Assembly (NCBI RefSeq): GCF_963921235.1
Contig: NC_086108.1
Span: 27,716,001 to 27,780,000 of the forward strand
DNA length: 64,000 nucleotides
Source of the DNA: Mobula hypostoma
Taxonomy: Eukaryota
Direction of reading: 5' to 3'
Positions 53,060-64,000 of this stretch are shown piece after piece. Below the pieces are notes generated by a model, which made no database searches, had not been told where the DNA came from, and worked only from the letters and a program-made list of their open reading frames with translations. The translations under genes were made by a program, and so were the position numbers. Positions within the stretch are counted from its first letter, which is position 1. Each line of letters begins with the position of its first letter.

Positions 53060-54084
53060 GTGCTCCGATAAAGACCTTGATCCCTTGGGGAAAGTAACGA
53101 ATAATTATACCAAATTTATTTTGAACCCCATGGAGCATGTGGAAACCTTCCAACATCCAGGCGGTTCTTTTCTTTTTTCTCTCTTTTTTTCTTTTTAGGT
53201 AGGACTATATATATGGGGGGGGGTTAAGGGGAGGGGGGAGGGTAGATTTTATCTTTTCATGTATTCTTTTTGAAAACTCAATAAAAATTATATTAAAAAA
53301 AAAGAGTCCATCCCAATGGGTGAAGCAACAAGGTATGAACCGTTGTGACCCATCCCTGGAAGGACACCTACTGAGCCTCCTGGTTAATTTTCAGCCAGTA
53401 CTTACTAAATCCATGGCAACTATTGAGTTCCAGGGGTTAGCTCTTGACTCGCTCCCCTTCGCCAACTTTTGCCATGGCAGTCCCAACCTCCAAGAGCTCA
53501 GGTCTAAATTTCAAACACCAAATCCACCTGTAACTACTGAATTCGCCAACAGTCACAAATGATTTCACGCTTTCAAAAAATCTTTCAGAACTGGAACTCA
53601 GACTAAATGTTGATCACATGACATGAATGAAAAAAGTGATGGCAGAACATATTCTTCATGGTCTTTCCGTTTCTGTCTGCTGTGCTGCCACACTACAGTT
53701 TCTCTTAAATGTCCAGAGCTCCCTCAGTGATCTAAACCTTGTGGCCACAACTTGCCCAATGATAAACTGGCTGTCTAACCCAAATCTCTCAAGCCATGGA
53801 ATACTTTCTCCCATTGCAGTCATGTTCAAGTGCTGTCCTTCCTACAGTCACCACACATTGGCAATACCATCACACCATGCAGTGTCACATCCACACACAC
53901 CAGATTCCACAATGGGAAATCTTAGATTTACCAAGCAACAATACAAAACAATTAAAATAAAACCAGGCAGCCATAGGGAAAAAGGTTGAGTCCACACCAA
54001 CCTTCACGTACCCATGTACACCAATCTACCTTGTTCTCCCAGAACTTGCATCCACTCCCACAGTTTCTGTCACTCATCAATAAA

Positions 54085-54260
54085 TGAAGGGCAATTTGCA
54101 GTGACCAGTTAACTGACCAACTACAAAGGATGTCGGACAGTAGTGGAGTAAATGAAGGAAATCCACGTGGTCACAGGGAGAGCATGGAACCTCCACGTAG
54201 ACAGCACCAGAGGTCAGAAATGAACTCAGGTTTCTGAGCAGTGAGGCACCTGCTCCACCA
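54085..54260 (-). mobile_element. tRNA-derived SINE
   Basis: gggcaattt...ggtcacagggagagc...cagcaccagaggtcag. Confidence 0.65.
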
Positions 54261-54826
54261 AGTTTGTCAGAATGCTAATTCCTCAGCTCTGCAATCCCAT
54301 GCTGAATAGACAGCTCCTTTCAGCTACAGGGATAAAACCATTTTAATTAACCATTTGAGTTTTATCGTGTATTTGTGTAATTGTCAGTTCTTCTGTGTTC
54401 TGAAGTTTTGGCCTAAGATGTCCTGACAGAGTGATGTAAATTGGTATGTTCAAACGAGATACAATGAGATTAGGTCAAGGATAAATGGACCACCTTGCAC
54501 ATAGAATGTTAATTCAAGAGGAAAGAAGGATTGCCAATGTATTTTGTTTTCTTTTGAACAGCCAGAGGCTGTAATTTCTAATGTAATTCTCCATATTATT
54601 TTTAGTTATTAATTCTCTTGATAAATTTTATATTCTGATTCTTCAGCAGTTTGTGTAAATGCAGATGAAAAAAAATAGTGTGAGGCATAAATTAATCTTA
54701 TTAATTGTACAAGGACATTAAGGGGAAAAAGTTGCTTGCATCCCTGAAACTTTTAAGGGTATATATATGTATCATCAGTTTGATGGAGATAACATTTAAG
54801 GCAGATTATTATGAATCAACCTACTG

Positions 54827-55208
54827 GGGTGGTGGGGTGGAGATACGTCTCTACCAAAGGAGGTGTAAGGTGCTCCTTCCCTCCGCTAGCCTGCAGGTCA
54901 CCCTTGGGCGAGGTGTAGCATCTGCTTAGCCCTCCTGATCAGGATCCCGTGAAGCCATAGGAGCAGGTAGCGGGTGGTCATGTGAGTAGATGGTGAATAA
55001 CACAAGTCCTGATTATGCGACCACTGACACGAAACAGACAATCTCTGAAGAGAACTGATTATGGATGAAGTCACTCATCTTGAAACGGCACTGCCCAGAA
55101 GAAGGCAAAGGAACACCACTTCTACAGAAAAATTAGCCAAGAAAAATCATGGTCATAAGACCATGATCACCTACATCATATGACATGGCACATAATGATG
55201 ATGATGAT
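54827..55208 (+). mobile_element. SINE-like element with RTE-type 3' region, (ATG)n tail and TSD (copy 2)
   Basis: agaagaaggcaaaggaacaccacttc...gccaag resembles the RTE/Bov-A 3' motif; TSD GAATCAA(C/T)CTA at 54813-54823 and 55212-55222. Confidence 0.8.
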
Positions 55209-55299
55209 TCAGAATCAATCTAAGTCGTAAAAATTAGACCAGGAACAGAAAAAAAAAGATAATAACAGTCACAAGATTATGGGGTGATCATGACTTGCA

Positions 55300-55540
55300 T
55301 GGAAACTCCTTGCAGAGTTGGTAAATGTTAGGAATTCTCTACCCCATAGGGTTGTGAAGACCAGATCATTATGGATATTTCAAGATGAAATAGACACATT
55401 TTTGCAAGATCTGCGGCCTATGGAGAGTAGGAACATATAAGGCCTGGGGCAGATCAAGCATAGTTGTATTGAATGATGGGGCGGGATTAAGGGGCTAAAT
55501 GGCCTATTAGTCCAACTATATTTGTTATGTTTCTTATGCT
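55300..55540 (+). mobile_element. Diverged CR1 3' end
   Basis: ggaattctctacc...ggggctaaatggcct...ttcttatg tail. Confidence 0.7.
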
Positions 55541-56364
55541 AAACAAACACAACCTCAGCATAAATAGATGACTCATTGGGCAGAAATGGCTATCCTTCAG
55601 TGTAAAGTAATTTACCAGATTTAAAGACCTTGGTGTAACCTAAGTTGTGAAAAGCACAATATAAATGCAGGTTTATTCTTTCTGATTTAATATATATTCT
55701 GTTTCGATTTTCTTCCAAATTTGGTAGATCACCATTATCCTGTAAATCCGCTCTACTTGCAAATTGTTCAGTCATCATTAATATCTTTTACACAAGGACA
55801 ACAAAGACAGTTATTTTCAAAATTTAAGAAGAGGTTCAGTACTGAATAAATTATTCAGCTTCCTCTGCTTTAGTTGGCTGCAAAAATACACCAGGAATAT
55901 GATATGGGAACAAATACTGGGGAACAGAGTGAGTTTTGCTGGTGATAGATTAAATCCCCTACCATTTCACAGCAGCAGCCTAATAAATATTAGCTGCCTT
56001 CTACACAAGTGGAGCCTGCCTCCAGCACGTAACACAGAGTATATGAAATGCAGTGCACACAACTGAATCACCCAGTTGTGTACTAAGTAAGTATGGGTGT
56101 CCTTTTTACTTTTTATTTATTGAGAGGTACAGCATGGAAAAGGCCTTTTCAGTATTTTGAGCTGCACTGCCCAGCAAACATCCCATTTAACACTAGCCTA
56201 CTCAAAGGACAATTTACAATGATCAATTAACCTGCTAACTAGACTGGACTGTGGGAGGAAACTGGGGCACTCAGAGAAAACCCATGCACTCCACAGAGAG
56301 AATGTACAAACTCATTACAGAGGATGCTGGGATTCAGCTCTGAATTCTGACACCACAAGATGCA

Positions 56365-57974
56365 CAGTGGCATGCAAATGTTTGGGCACCCTGGTCAAAA
56401 TTTCTGTTACCGTGAACAGTTAAGTGAGTAAAAGATGAAATGATCTCCAAAAGTCATAAAGTTAAAGATGAAACATTCTTTTCAACATTTTAAGCAAGAT
56501 TAGTGCATTATTTTTGTTTCGTACAATTTTAGAGTGTAAAAAAGAAAAGGAGCACCATGCAGAAGTTCAGGCACTCCAAGAGATTTGAGCTCTCAGATAA
56601 CTTTTACCAAGGTTTCAGACCTTAATTAGCTTGTTAGGGCTGTGGCTTGTTCACAGTCATCATTAGGAAAGGCCAGGTGATGCAAATTTCAAAGCTTTAT
56701 AAATACTCTGACTCCTCAAACTTGTCCAAACAATCAGCAGCCATGGGCTCCTCTAAGCAGCTGCCCAGAACTCTGAAAATTAAAATAAATGATGCCCACA
56801 AAGCAGGAGAAGGCTATAAGATGATAGCAAAGCATTTTCAGGTAGCCGTTTCCTCAGCTCGTAATGTAATTAAGAAATGGCAGTTAACAGGAACGGGGAG
56901 GTTCAAGTTGAGGTCTGGAAGACCAAGAAAACTTTCCGAGAGAACTGCTTGTAGGATTGCTAGAAAGACAAATCAAAACCCCCGTTTAACTGCAAAAGAC
57001 CCTCAGGAAGATTTAGCAGACTCTGGAGTGGTGGTGCACTGTTCTACCGTGCAGCAACACCTGAACAAATATGACCTTCATGGAAAAGTCATCAGAAGAA
57101 AACCTTTCCTGCATCCTCACCACAAAATTCAGCGTCAGACATTTGCAAAGGAACATCTAAACAAGCCTGATGCATTTTAAAAACAAGTCCTGTGGACTGA
57201 GGAAGTTAAAATAGAACTTTTTGGCCGCAATGAGCAAAGATATATTTGGAGAAAAAAGGGTGCAGAATTTCATGAAAAGAACATCTCTCCAACTGTTAAG
57301 CATGGGGGTGGATCGATCATACTTTGGGCTTGTGTTGCAGCCAGTGGCACGGGGAACATTTACTGGTAGAGGGAAGAATGAATTCAATTAAATGCCAGCA
57401 AATTCTGGAAGCACTGTCTGTAAAAAAGCTGAAGATGAAAAGAGAATGGCTTCTACAAAAGGATAATGATCCTAAACACACCTCAAAATCCACAATGGAC
57501 TACTTTAAGAGGCACAAGCCAATGGTTTTGCCGTGGCTCTCACAATCCCCCGACCTAAACACCATCGAAAATCTGTGGATAGACCTCAAAAGAGCAGTGC
57601 ATGCAAGACGGCCCAAGAACCTCACAGAACTAGAAGCCTTTTGCGAGGAAGAATGGGTGAAAATCTCCCAAACAAGAATTGAAACACTCTTAGCTGGCTA
57701 CAGAAAGTGTTTACAAGCTGTGATACTTGCCAAGCGGGGTATTACTAATTACTGACCATGTAGGGTGCCCAAACTTTTGATTTGGTCCCTTTTCCGTTTC
57801 TGTTGTTTTGAAACTGTAAAAGTTAGAAATAAAGAAGTAATCTTGCTTAAAATATTAACGAAATGTGTCATCTTTAACTTTATGCCTTTTGGAAATCAGG
57901 TCATCTTTTAGGTGCCTAGCTATTCACAGTAACAGAAATTTGGACCGGGGTGCCCAAACTTTTGCATGCCACTG
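56365..57974 (+). mobile_element. Full-length Tc1 transposon with ~210-bp IR/DR-type TIRs
   Basis: CAGTGGCATGCAAA...TTTGCATGCCACTG; inner repeats of AAGTTTGGGCACC; right flank TA, left flank CA. Confidence 0.95.
56743..57755 (+). pseudogene. Tc1 DD34E transposase, inactivated
   Basis: GEGYK, RSGRPRK, VLWTEE (first D changed to E), KDNDPKH...SPDLNTIE with 34-residue spacing; stop at 57178 and a frameshift. Confidence 0.93.
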
Positions 57975-58394
57975 TAATAGCTTTGCGCTAACCACTACAC
58001 TACTGTGGCACCTATTGTTGCTGTGTGAATCAGAAGTCTTGCTACCTGCCTTTATTTTTCTACATCAGAGAGGGAGACATCTTTATTTCAATTGAACATC
58101 ATTGGCATTCACTGTTCGACTTACTAAGTAGGAAGCAATAAATAGGTACAATAGTAGAAATCATGTTGCAGCATAAGAGAAGAGCAGGGATGTTGTAATC
58201 AAATGGGAACATGTCTTTGAAGCTCGTCAAGAGGGCAGAGTAATATAGAGAGATAAAGAAATTCAAACAAAACATAGTGCATTAATTCCAGAAACAAATT
58301 CTTCCTGTTGTAAATTAGCTATGGTAAGCATATTAATTTTTGTTAGTTTTAGTTTTGTTTAATAGGCAATTTTTTTCATATGAGATTGCAAACC

Positions 58395-58525
58395 TGAAGC
58401 CATACCTCTGTCTGAGGTAAGTGGAAGACATCCCAGGCCCTATATCCTGGGAAATATTTATTTATTAGTTAACATCGCTGAAACAGACCACTTAATAAGT
58501 TCATGTTGCTGTTTGTGGGAGTATT
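58395..58525 (+). mobile_element. Ancient DeuSINE-like relic
   Basis: tcctgggaaatattta...aacatcgctgaaacaga...ttgctgtttgtgggag, recalled similarity to the Deu domain. Confidence 0.55.
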
Positions 58526-59839
58526 TTGGGATTCTATGAAAAGAGCACAAATAGCAATGAAGAAATGCAAATCCTTCCCATTTTCCTCTCCTCCCCGCCC
58601 ATAACTCTGTTATTGTATTCCCTGGATAAAATCCAATCTCTCTTAAATTTACAACGGGATTTTCAAAATCTCATTGTTTTAACATTTAAACATCAACTTG
58701 CATTATGTGTGCAGCCACTAGTGTGCTCATCCACATTGGAGTCATTGCTGCCTCTTACCAACGAGTCCATGTGGAATGAGCTTCATCTCAGTCCCTTTGC
58801 CAAAGGAAAGCTCATTTGGACAGATAGAGTGGACAGCATTTAATTGTCAGGTCAGTCTAGAACACATAAACACAGGAGACTTTGCTCTTGTCTAGCAAAC
58901 CAGGAGCACCTGGGAATGCACAGAAAAACCTTGCTTCTTTGCTATTTATTAACTCGCTGTCCTATGTCTCCACTAACAGCAAGTGCAAGGAGATCAAGGA
59001 CTTCTTATTCTCTAAGGTTAAATTAAATTGAGCAATTTCCCTCACCAGTTCCCTGTCCTATACAGAAGAAACACCCCAAATTGCCTCCTTGTTTTTAATT
59101 TACACCCTTCACTTACCCCACTTCTATTCCATGACCACTTGAAGCATCATCTCCAAAAGGCCTAGCTCCTATTCCCTTGACCTTGATCCCACTATCTTCT
59201 AACCTTCTGGTTCTATAGCAGCTGATATTGTTGTGGTTTCATATCATTGAATACTGTCCATTCCTCACTCATCATATGCCTCAAATCTTTTTAAACTCCC
59301 TGTTAGAATCTCTCCAATAAAGTTTCCCCTGTTGCCACAACTGATAACTGATGTCAATGTTTTGTGACATTAGGAAAGGAAGTCTGTCTGTACTTTGTTA
59401 ATTGTTTTTATTTCACACAACTACAGTATATAGTTTAAAACAATTACTTAACTTTTTAGTTTCACAGATTCCAAAGCTTGTATTCAGATACAACCTGCTC
59501 TAGGGAACCTGGCTGGGGTTCTATGGCAAAACTTTTTCTGAATCCTTGACTCAGGGTCTTGTTCTGCAGTGATTAAACTGAAGATTCATTGCTACGAATC
59601 ATCTCATGAGGCCTGTTTTTATATATTTCCTTGCATATCTCTTAGAAATTGTCTCAACTCTTTCAAATTCCTGCTGGCATCTCTCCATAATCACCATTCC
59701 TGTCACACCATTTCTGTGTGTTGCTCCGAGTATCTGTTTCCAGGATATTTTTGTCTGCTTGTTTTATCCTCAGTAAAAAGGTTCACAGAGCTTTACAGCT
59801 GTCTCACCTATGTTATGTTGATGCCTAGCAGATATGGAC

Positions 59840-60075
59840 ATGGCAGTGTAGTGGTTAGCACAATGCTTTACTGGTGACCTGGATTCAATTCCTGCCGCTG
59901 CCTGTGAAGAGTTTGTATGCTCCCCCCATTACTGCATGAATTTCCTCCAGACGCTCCAATTAATTGGTTATTGTAAATTGTCCCATGACTAGGCTAGGAT
60001 TAAATCAGAGGTTTGCTGGGCAACGTAACTCAAAGGACCAGATGGGCCTATTCTGCACTGAATATCAATACATAA
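59840..60075 (+). mobile_element. tRNA-derived SINE
   Basis: gtgtagtggttagcacaatgctttac...ggattcaattcc, same family as the 20900 copy. Confidence 0.8.
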
Positions 60076-60389
60076 AGATTTCAATATGTCAATGTATCTC
60101 CATTCACATGGTACCGCTTTATATCTCACAATGCTCCTTTATGACCCCTCTGTCTCTGTCTCTCCAGGTCTCTGTTGCTCCCCCACTCTCTCTCCCTCTC
60201 TCTGTGCCTCTTTCTCCCTTCCCCATCTGAAACCAAACCTAAATATTGACAAACTCAGCAACATATTTGATCTGGGAATTAGACTCAGACAACGTATATT
60301 TGTCGTCACTTTCCCACTTGAGTGACAATATAACGTTCCACACTGGCACAGCTCAACTGCTTCTGAACTCCTCAACCACAAATCCAGTG

Positions 60390-60710
60390 GGGCAGCTAGC
60401 ACAGCTATTGCCTCTCAGTGACACTGAGACCTAACTTCCATCCTGACCTCAGATACTGTCTGCGTGGAACTTGCACTGATTGTGTGGGTTTCCTCCAGGT
60501 GCTCCACCCCAAAGAACCTGGTAGTTTATACATGATTTAGCCCCTGCATATTGCCTCTATTGTGTAGTTGAGTAGCAGAATCTCAAGGAAGTTGATGAGA
60601 ACATGACTAGAATATAAACAAATGATATTGATTTCAGATTTGTCCTAATGGTTGATTGATGGTCAACGCAGAGTCAGTGAGCTAAAGAACTTGCTTTCCG
60701 TATCTCTTAT
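60390..60710 (+). mobile_element. Diverged tRNA-derived SINE
   Basis: gtgtgggtttcctccaggtgctcc core and SINE-like head. Confidence 0.55.
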
Positions 60711-63700
60711 CTCAAGACTCGTTGTAAATATTCCTAAACTCTCTCAACCAGCCTGATGTAAACATGAGGTCATTCAAATGTACATTGCCCATGTCCTAAT
60801 AATTCACAAGTCACCCTTGTCCATCTGTCAACAACTCATCCTTATTTTTCATTCCCTTTGTGGGCTTACTATTCCCTATCTCCGTTGCCTGTCCTTCCAA
60901 AATTCTCCAACAAACCTGTGCTCCTCCAGTTCTTCTCTATTAAGCTTTACTGAATTTAATCACTGTGCCATTGACAATCATATTTTCAGCACCTAAGATT
61001 TTTATTCAGAACATTCCTTGCCCAAAAGGCTCCAGTTTTCCAACACTTTTTCCTTATGCCGGACCTGAATTTGCACCTCAGCAACCGGTCTTGTATCTTC
61101 TTACAAGACTCTATGCCAATTGTTGTTTGAGATTGCTCCAGCACAGATTATTGTCATGTTTGCCTATTTATGGTAGATGAATATGAAGAGTTTTTGTTGA
61201 TGGTGATGTTTCTCTAAAGAGTTAGGGTACATACCACTGTCCAATTGGAGTTATATTTGGAGATTGAAAATATATGTCCCAGAGTTTCTTGGCCAAATAG
61301 TTAGACAGAATCATAGACAAGCTGGCTATTTTCTCCAAAGATGCTGCAATGTGTAAATGATGAGATGGAATTAAGTTGATAATAATCAGTGAGTGTAGGA
61401 GAGGACAATAAAAAGAAAGAAATAGAGAGAAGTTCTGCTCAGAAAAAATAAATCATCCATGTAAATATCCCAAAATGGTCAACTTTTTAACAACATAGAA
61501 AATTTGTGACTGCATTTACTGTATTGCATATTCAGTGAGTTTTATCAATGCTGTCACAGTGCTTTAAGGCAAGGTCCATTTCTGAAGGGTCCATTGTGGT
61601 TTTATTCGACCAGCTGACCTGAAGATGCTTATTGGGATTTCACTTCCACTACTGAATTAGGCTGTGTTGGCTTTACCCAAGAATGCATGATTGATGTGAC
61701 TACCACGGTGACAAATTAAAATATAAAATGACAATAGCAAGGGGCTTAAGTACACATCTATTCACAGCCATGGCATTTTTCCAGTGGTTGTCCTGCACTG
61801 AAAGATTACCTCTGTATCAGGTGACACACATACTTGCCCTTCATGTGGGCTGTATAAATCAGAGCAAACAAGTGGCATGGCACTTATTTTTTTGCTCAGC
61901 AGCAATTTCAAGCACAATTGAAATGCATTGTGCATTATTTGGTACCCAAGAATAAATATCATTCTCTTCATGGTAATGTTCAGTAATAAAGAAAGGTACT
62001 TAAACCTGACCTAGAAAGGTAATTCCAACCATAGTGTGATTTAATCATCTCATTTTACTTTTAAAGTTCTAAAGAGCAATTACTGAATATTTATGAAAGA
62101 TTCTTGGGTAATGTAGTGGTGGCTGAACTGGAGTTCTAAAAAATGTAAGAGTTACAACAACCGATCAAAGATCAAATGTGCATATAATTAACAACAAATT
62201 GTTGTCGATGCAAAACACTGCTTCAATGTAAGATAATGAAATGTGATAAAAGAGAAATTTAATTCACTACTAGGAGGCCAGTGGGATTGAATCAACCAGC
62301 AGGTGAACATTAATGTTAAATACCATGCAAAGTGGGAAAGAACAATGGAAAATTCAGAATTCACTCACCAGCACCACCTGCTGTCCAGAACCTGAAACTT
62401 CACATGGTTCACATGGTTGGCTCCATGCCGTGGGTCCAGAAGGTCTCTGGATCATTGTGAGTGGGAGGGAGGAGGAAGCCTCAGCTCTGTAGGTCAGCAT
62501 GGCCCCAGATCTGTGGATCAGGTGTTCTAATCCCTGTTAGTCAGGCTGTTCCTTCAGCTTGACGGAGTGAACGTAACCTCCAGTTCTGTGGGTCATGGTA
62601 GTTTCAGAACGTGGTCAGGGTGATCCCCAGCTCTGTGGCTCAGAGTGGTCTCAGCGCTGTGGGCCTTAATGAATTCCTCATCTGGCTGATATTTAAATGA
62701 CCCTGTCTTCAGAAACATTAATGCCTATATCAATCTATATTAATTCTAACTGAAAACCACACTACCCTGGAATTCAGAATTATATTTAGATTTAAGATAA
62801 TAGTACAAAGGTCAAATGCTTTTTATTAACATTCAGAATTGTGTGAGACTGCATTGAAAATTACTTTATTTATCAGTACTCACTGTATTACACTCCAGCG
62901 CCCACCCAATGTTCATTTCATTTAGTCAACGGGAAATTTCTGAAGCTGAGGCGGGCTTATCTAACTCATCTTAGAAGCCTCTTAATATCTTAAGATATCT
63001 TAAGAATAAATATTTCTGCAACATTTCTCCAATAACAGTGGTCAGTGTCTGCACTTCTGCGCTGTACATGCTATCGCTGCTGTCAGCTCAGAGAAAGTTA
63101 GGTCATAACACAGCCAATTACCCTAAATTAGCAGCATGAAGCTTTGAATTTTTGATGTTACATACAACAATAAAGTAACAAAAACGAGCAGATTGTAGGG
63201 TTCATAACAAGAGCATCTTGAGACAATCAGAGCAATTCATCAACATTGATAAGGATCCTTGAGATTGCACAACAGTTTTCTGTTGATAAAAACCATAATT
63301 TCTTCAGTGTTTTATTGGTGAAATAGAGAGATAACAACTATATTTAATGTCATGTGCAGCAGACATAGGAATGGCAATTTTTTTTAGCTAAGCTTTACAG
63401 TCGAGTGCAGAAGACTATTCTGAGGTGAAACTAAACATTTTGTATTTCAAATAACCATTTCTTCAGATGCCCAGGTCAACATGTTGATTGACACCAGAAG
63501 TGAAAAGTGCTGAGGGAGGGAGAGATAAGTCAGCATGTGCTTCACTAATCTGCAGATTGTGCGAGAGTGGCAAAATAATTTCACTCTGTTCAAAATTAAA
63601 GGGAAGAAAAAAGCAGGCTGCAGGATAAATTGCAACAAATTTTAACTAGAACACAGGCAGATTCAGAGGAATAATGGCTGAGATATTGTAAAATGGGACA

Positions 63701-64000
63701 ACCATATGCCATTATGAGAAAGTTAGTAAATAGAGTTTTAAGAATGAATTACTATTTTCTGATTTTTGCTTTTCCTTATAGTTTACATGCACATGAGAAA
63801 CATCTAATAATCCACTCTTACCAGGATTACAAATGTTTCTTTACTTTTGGGTGTTAGGTTGGTTGAGAAGGCTATGGTTAGCCTTTCTCTTATTGAAGAT
63901 TCTCACTTCAAGTTTGTGTGTGCTTATTACTGGAATGTTGTCTAGCCCTTGTTGACTGAAGGCGTGGACAACTTTATTATCCATGGAGTGCAAATAATGC

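Larger units (their letters stand above)
47583..53301 (+). mobile_element. Near full-length L1-clade LINE with poly(A) and 14-bp TSD
   Basis: ORF1, ~470-bp spacer, ORF2, G-rich 3' UTR, AATAAA, poly(A); TSD AAGAGTC(TG/CA)TCCCA at 47569-47582 and 53302-53315. Confidence 0.95.
56110..58010 (-). mobile_element. tRNA-derived SINE split by a Tc1 insertion
   Basis: Body 56110-56362; head (atagctttgcgctaaccactac) resumes at 57977. Confidence 0.8.
59040..61100 (+). mobile_element. Highly decayed L2-like LINE fragments
   Basis: Pyrimidine-rich stretches with faint L2 RT-like motifs (ccttgatcccact; aaactcagcaacatatttgat; acattgcccatgtccta), interrupted by SINEs. Confidence 0.4.

Noticed and set aside
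55590..55778. 62-aa minus-strand ORF as a host exon
   Set aside because: Part of it looks like an ancient SINE/L2 tail (cctgcatttatattgtgcttttcac) and the peptide is unrecognisable.

Overview
Repeat-dense vertebrate genomic DNA with no host protein-coding exon that I can identify. The transposon mix (CR1 with esterase ORF1, Rex1/Babar, Penelope-like elements, fish-type L1, Tc1, chromoviral Gypsy, tRNA-SINEs, DeuSINE-like relics) suggests a fish, probably a cartilaginous fish; this is inference. Every recognisable long ORF is a disrupted transposon ORF. Highlights: (1) a miniature two-LTR chromovirus-like element (14612-17353) with only 159 bp of internal sequence, VNTR-containing LTRs and a visible Tf1/sushi-type self-priming signature, plus a solo LTR of the same family; (2) minimal hammerhead ribozyme motifs in the 3' repeats of Penelope-like elements, one with an intact core; (3) a Penelope with an inverted 5' repeat joined at a palindromic microhomology; (4) a CR1 5' region built of 109-bp CCAAT-containing monomers; (5) a near full-length L1 with TSD and promoter-factor motifs inside ORF1; (6) two nested insertion stacks with readable TSDs. 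Family names come from motif recognition by eye, not database searches. Boundaries without a TSD are approximate.
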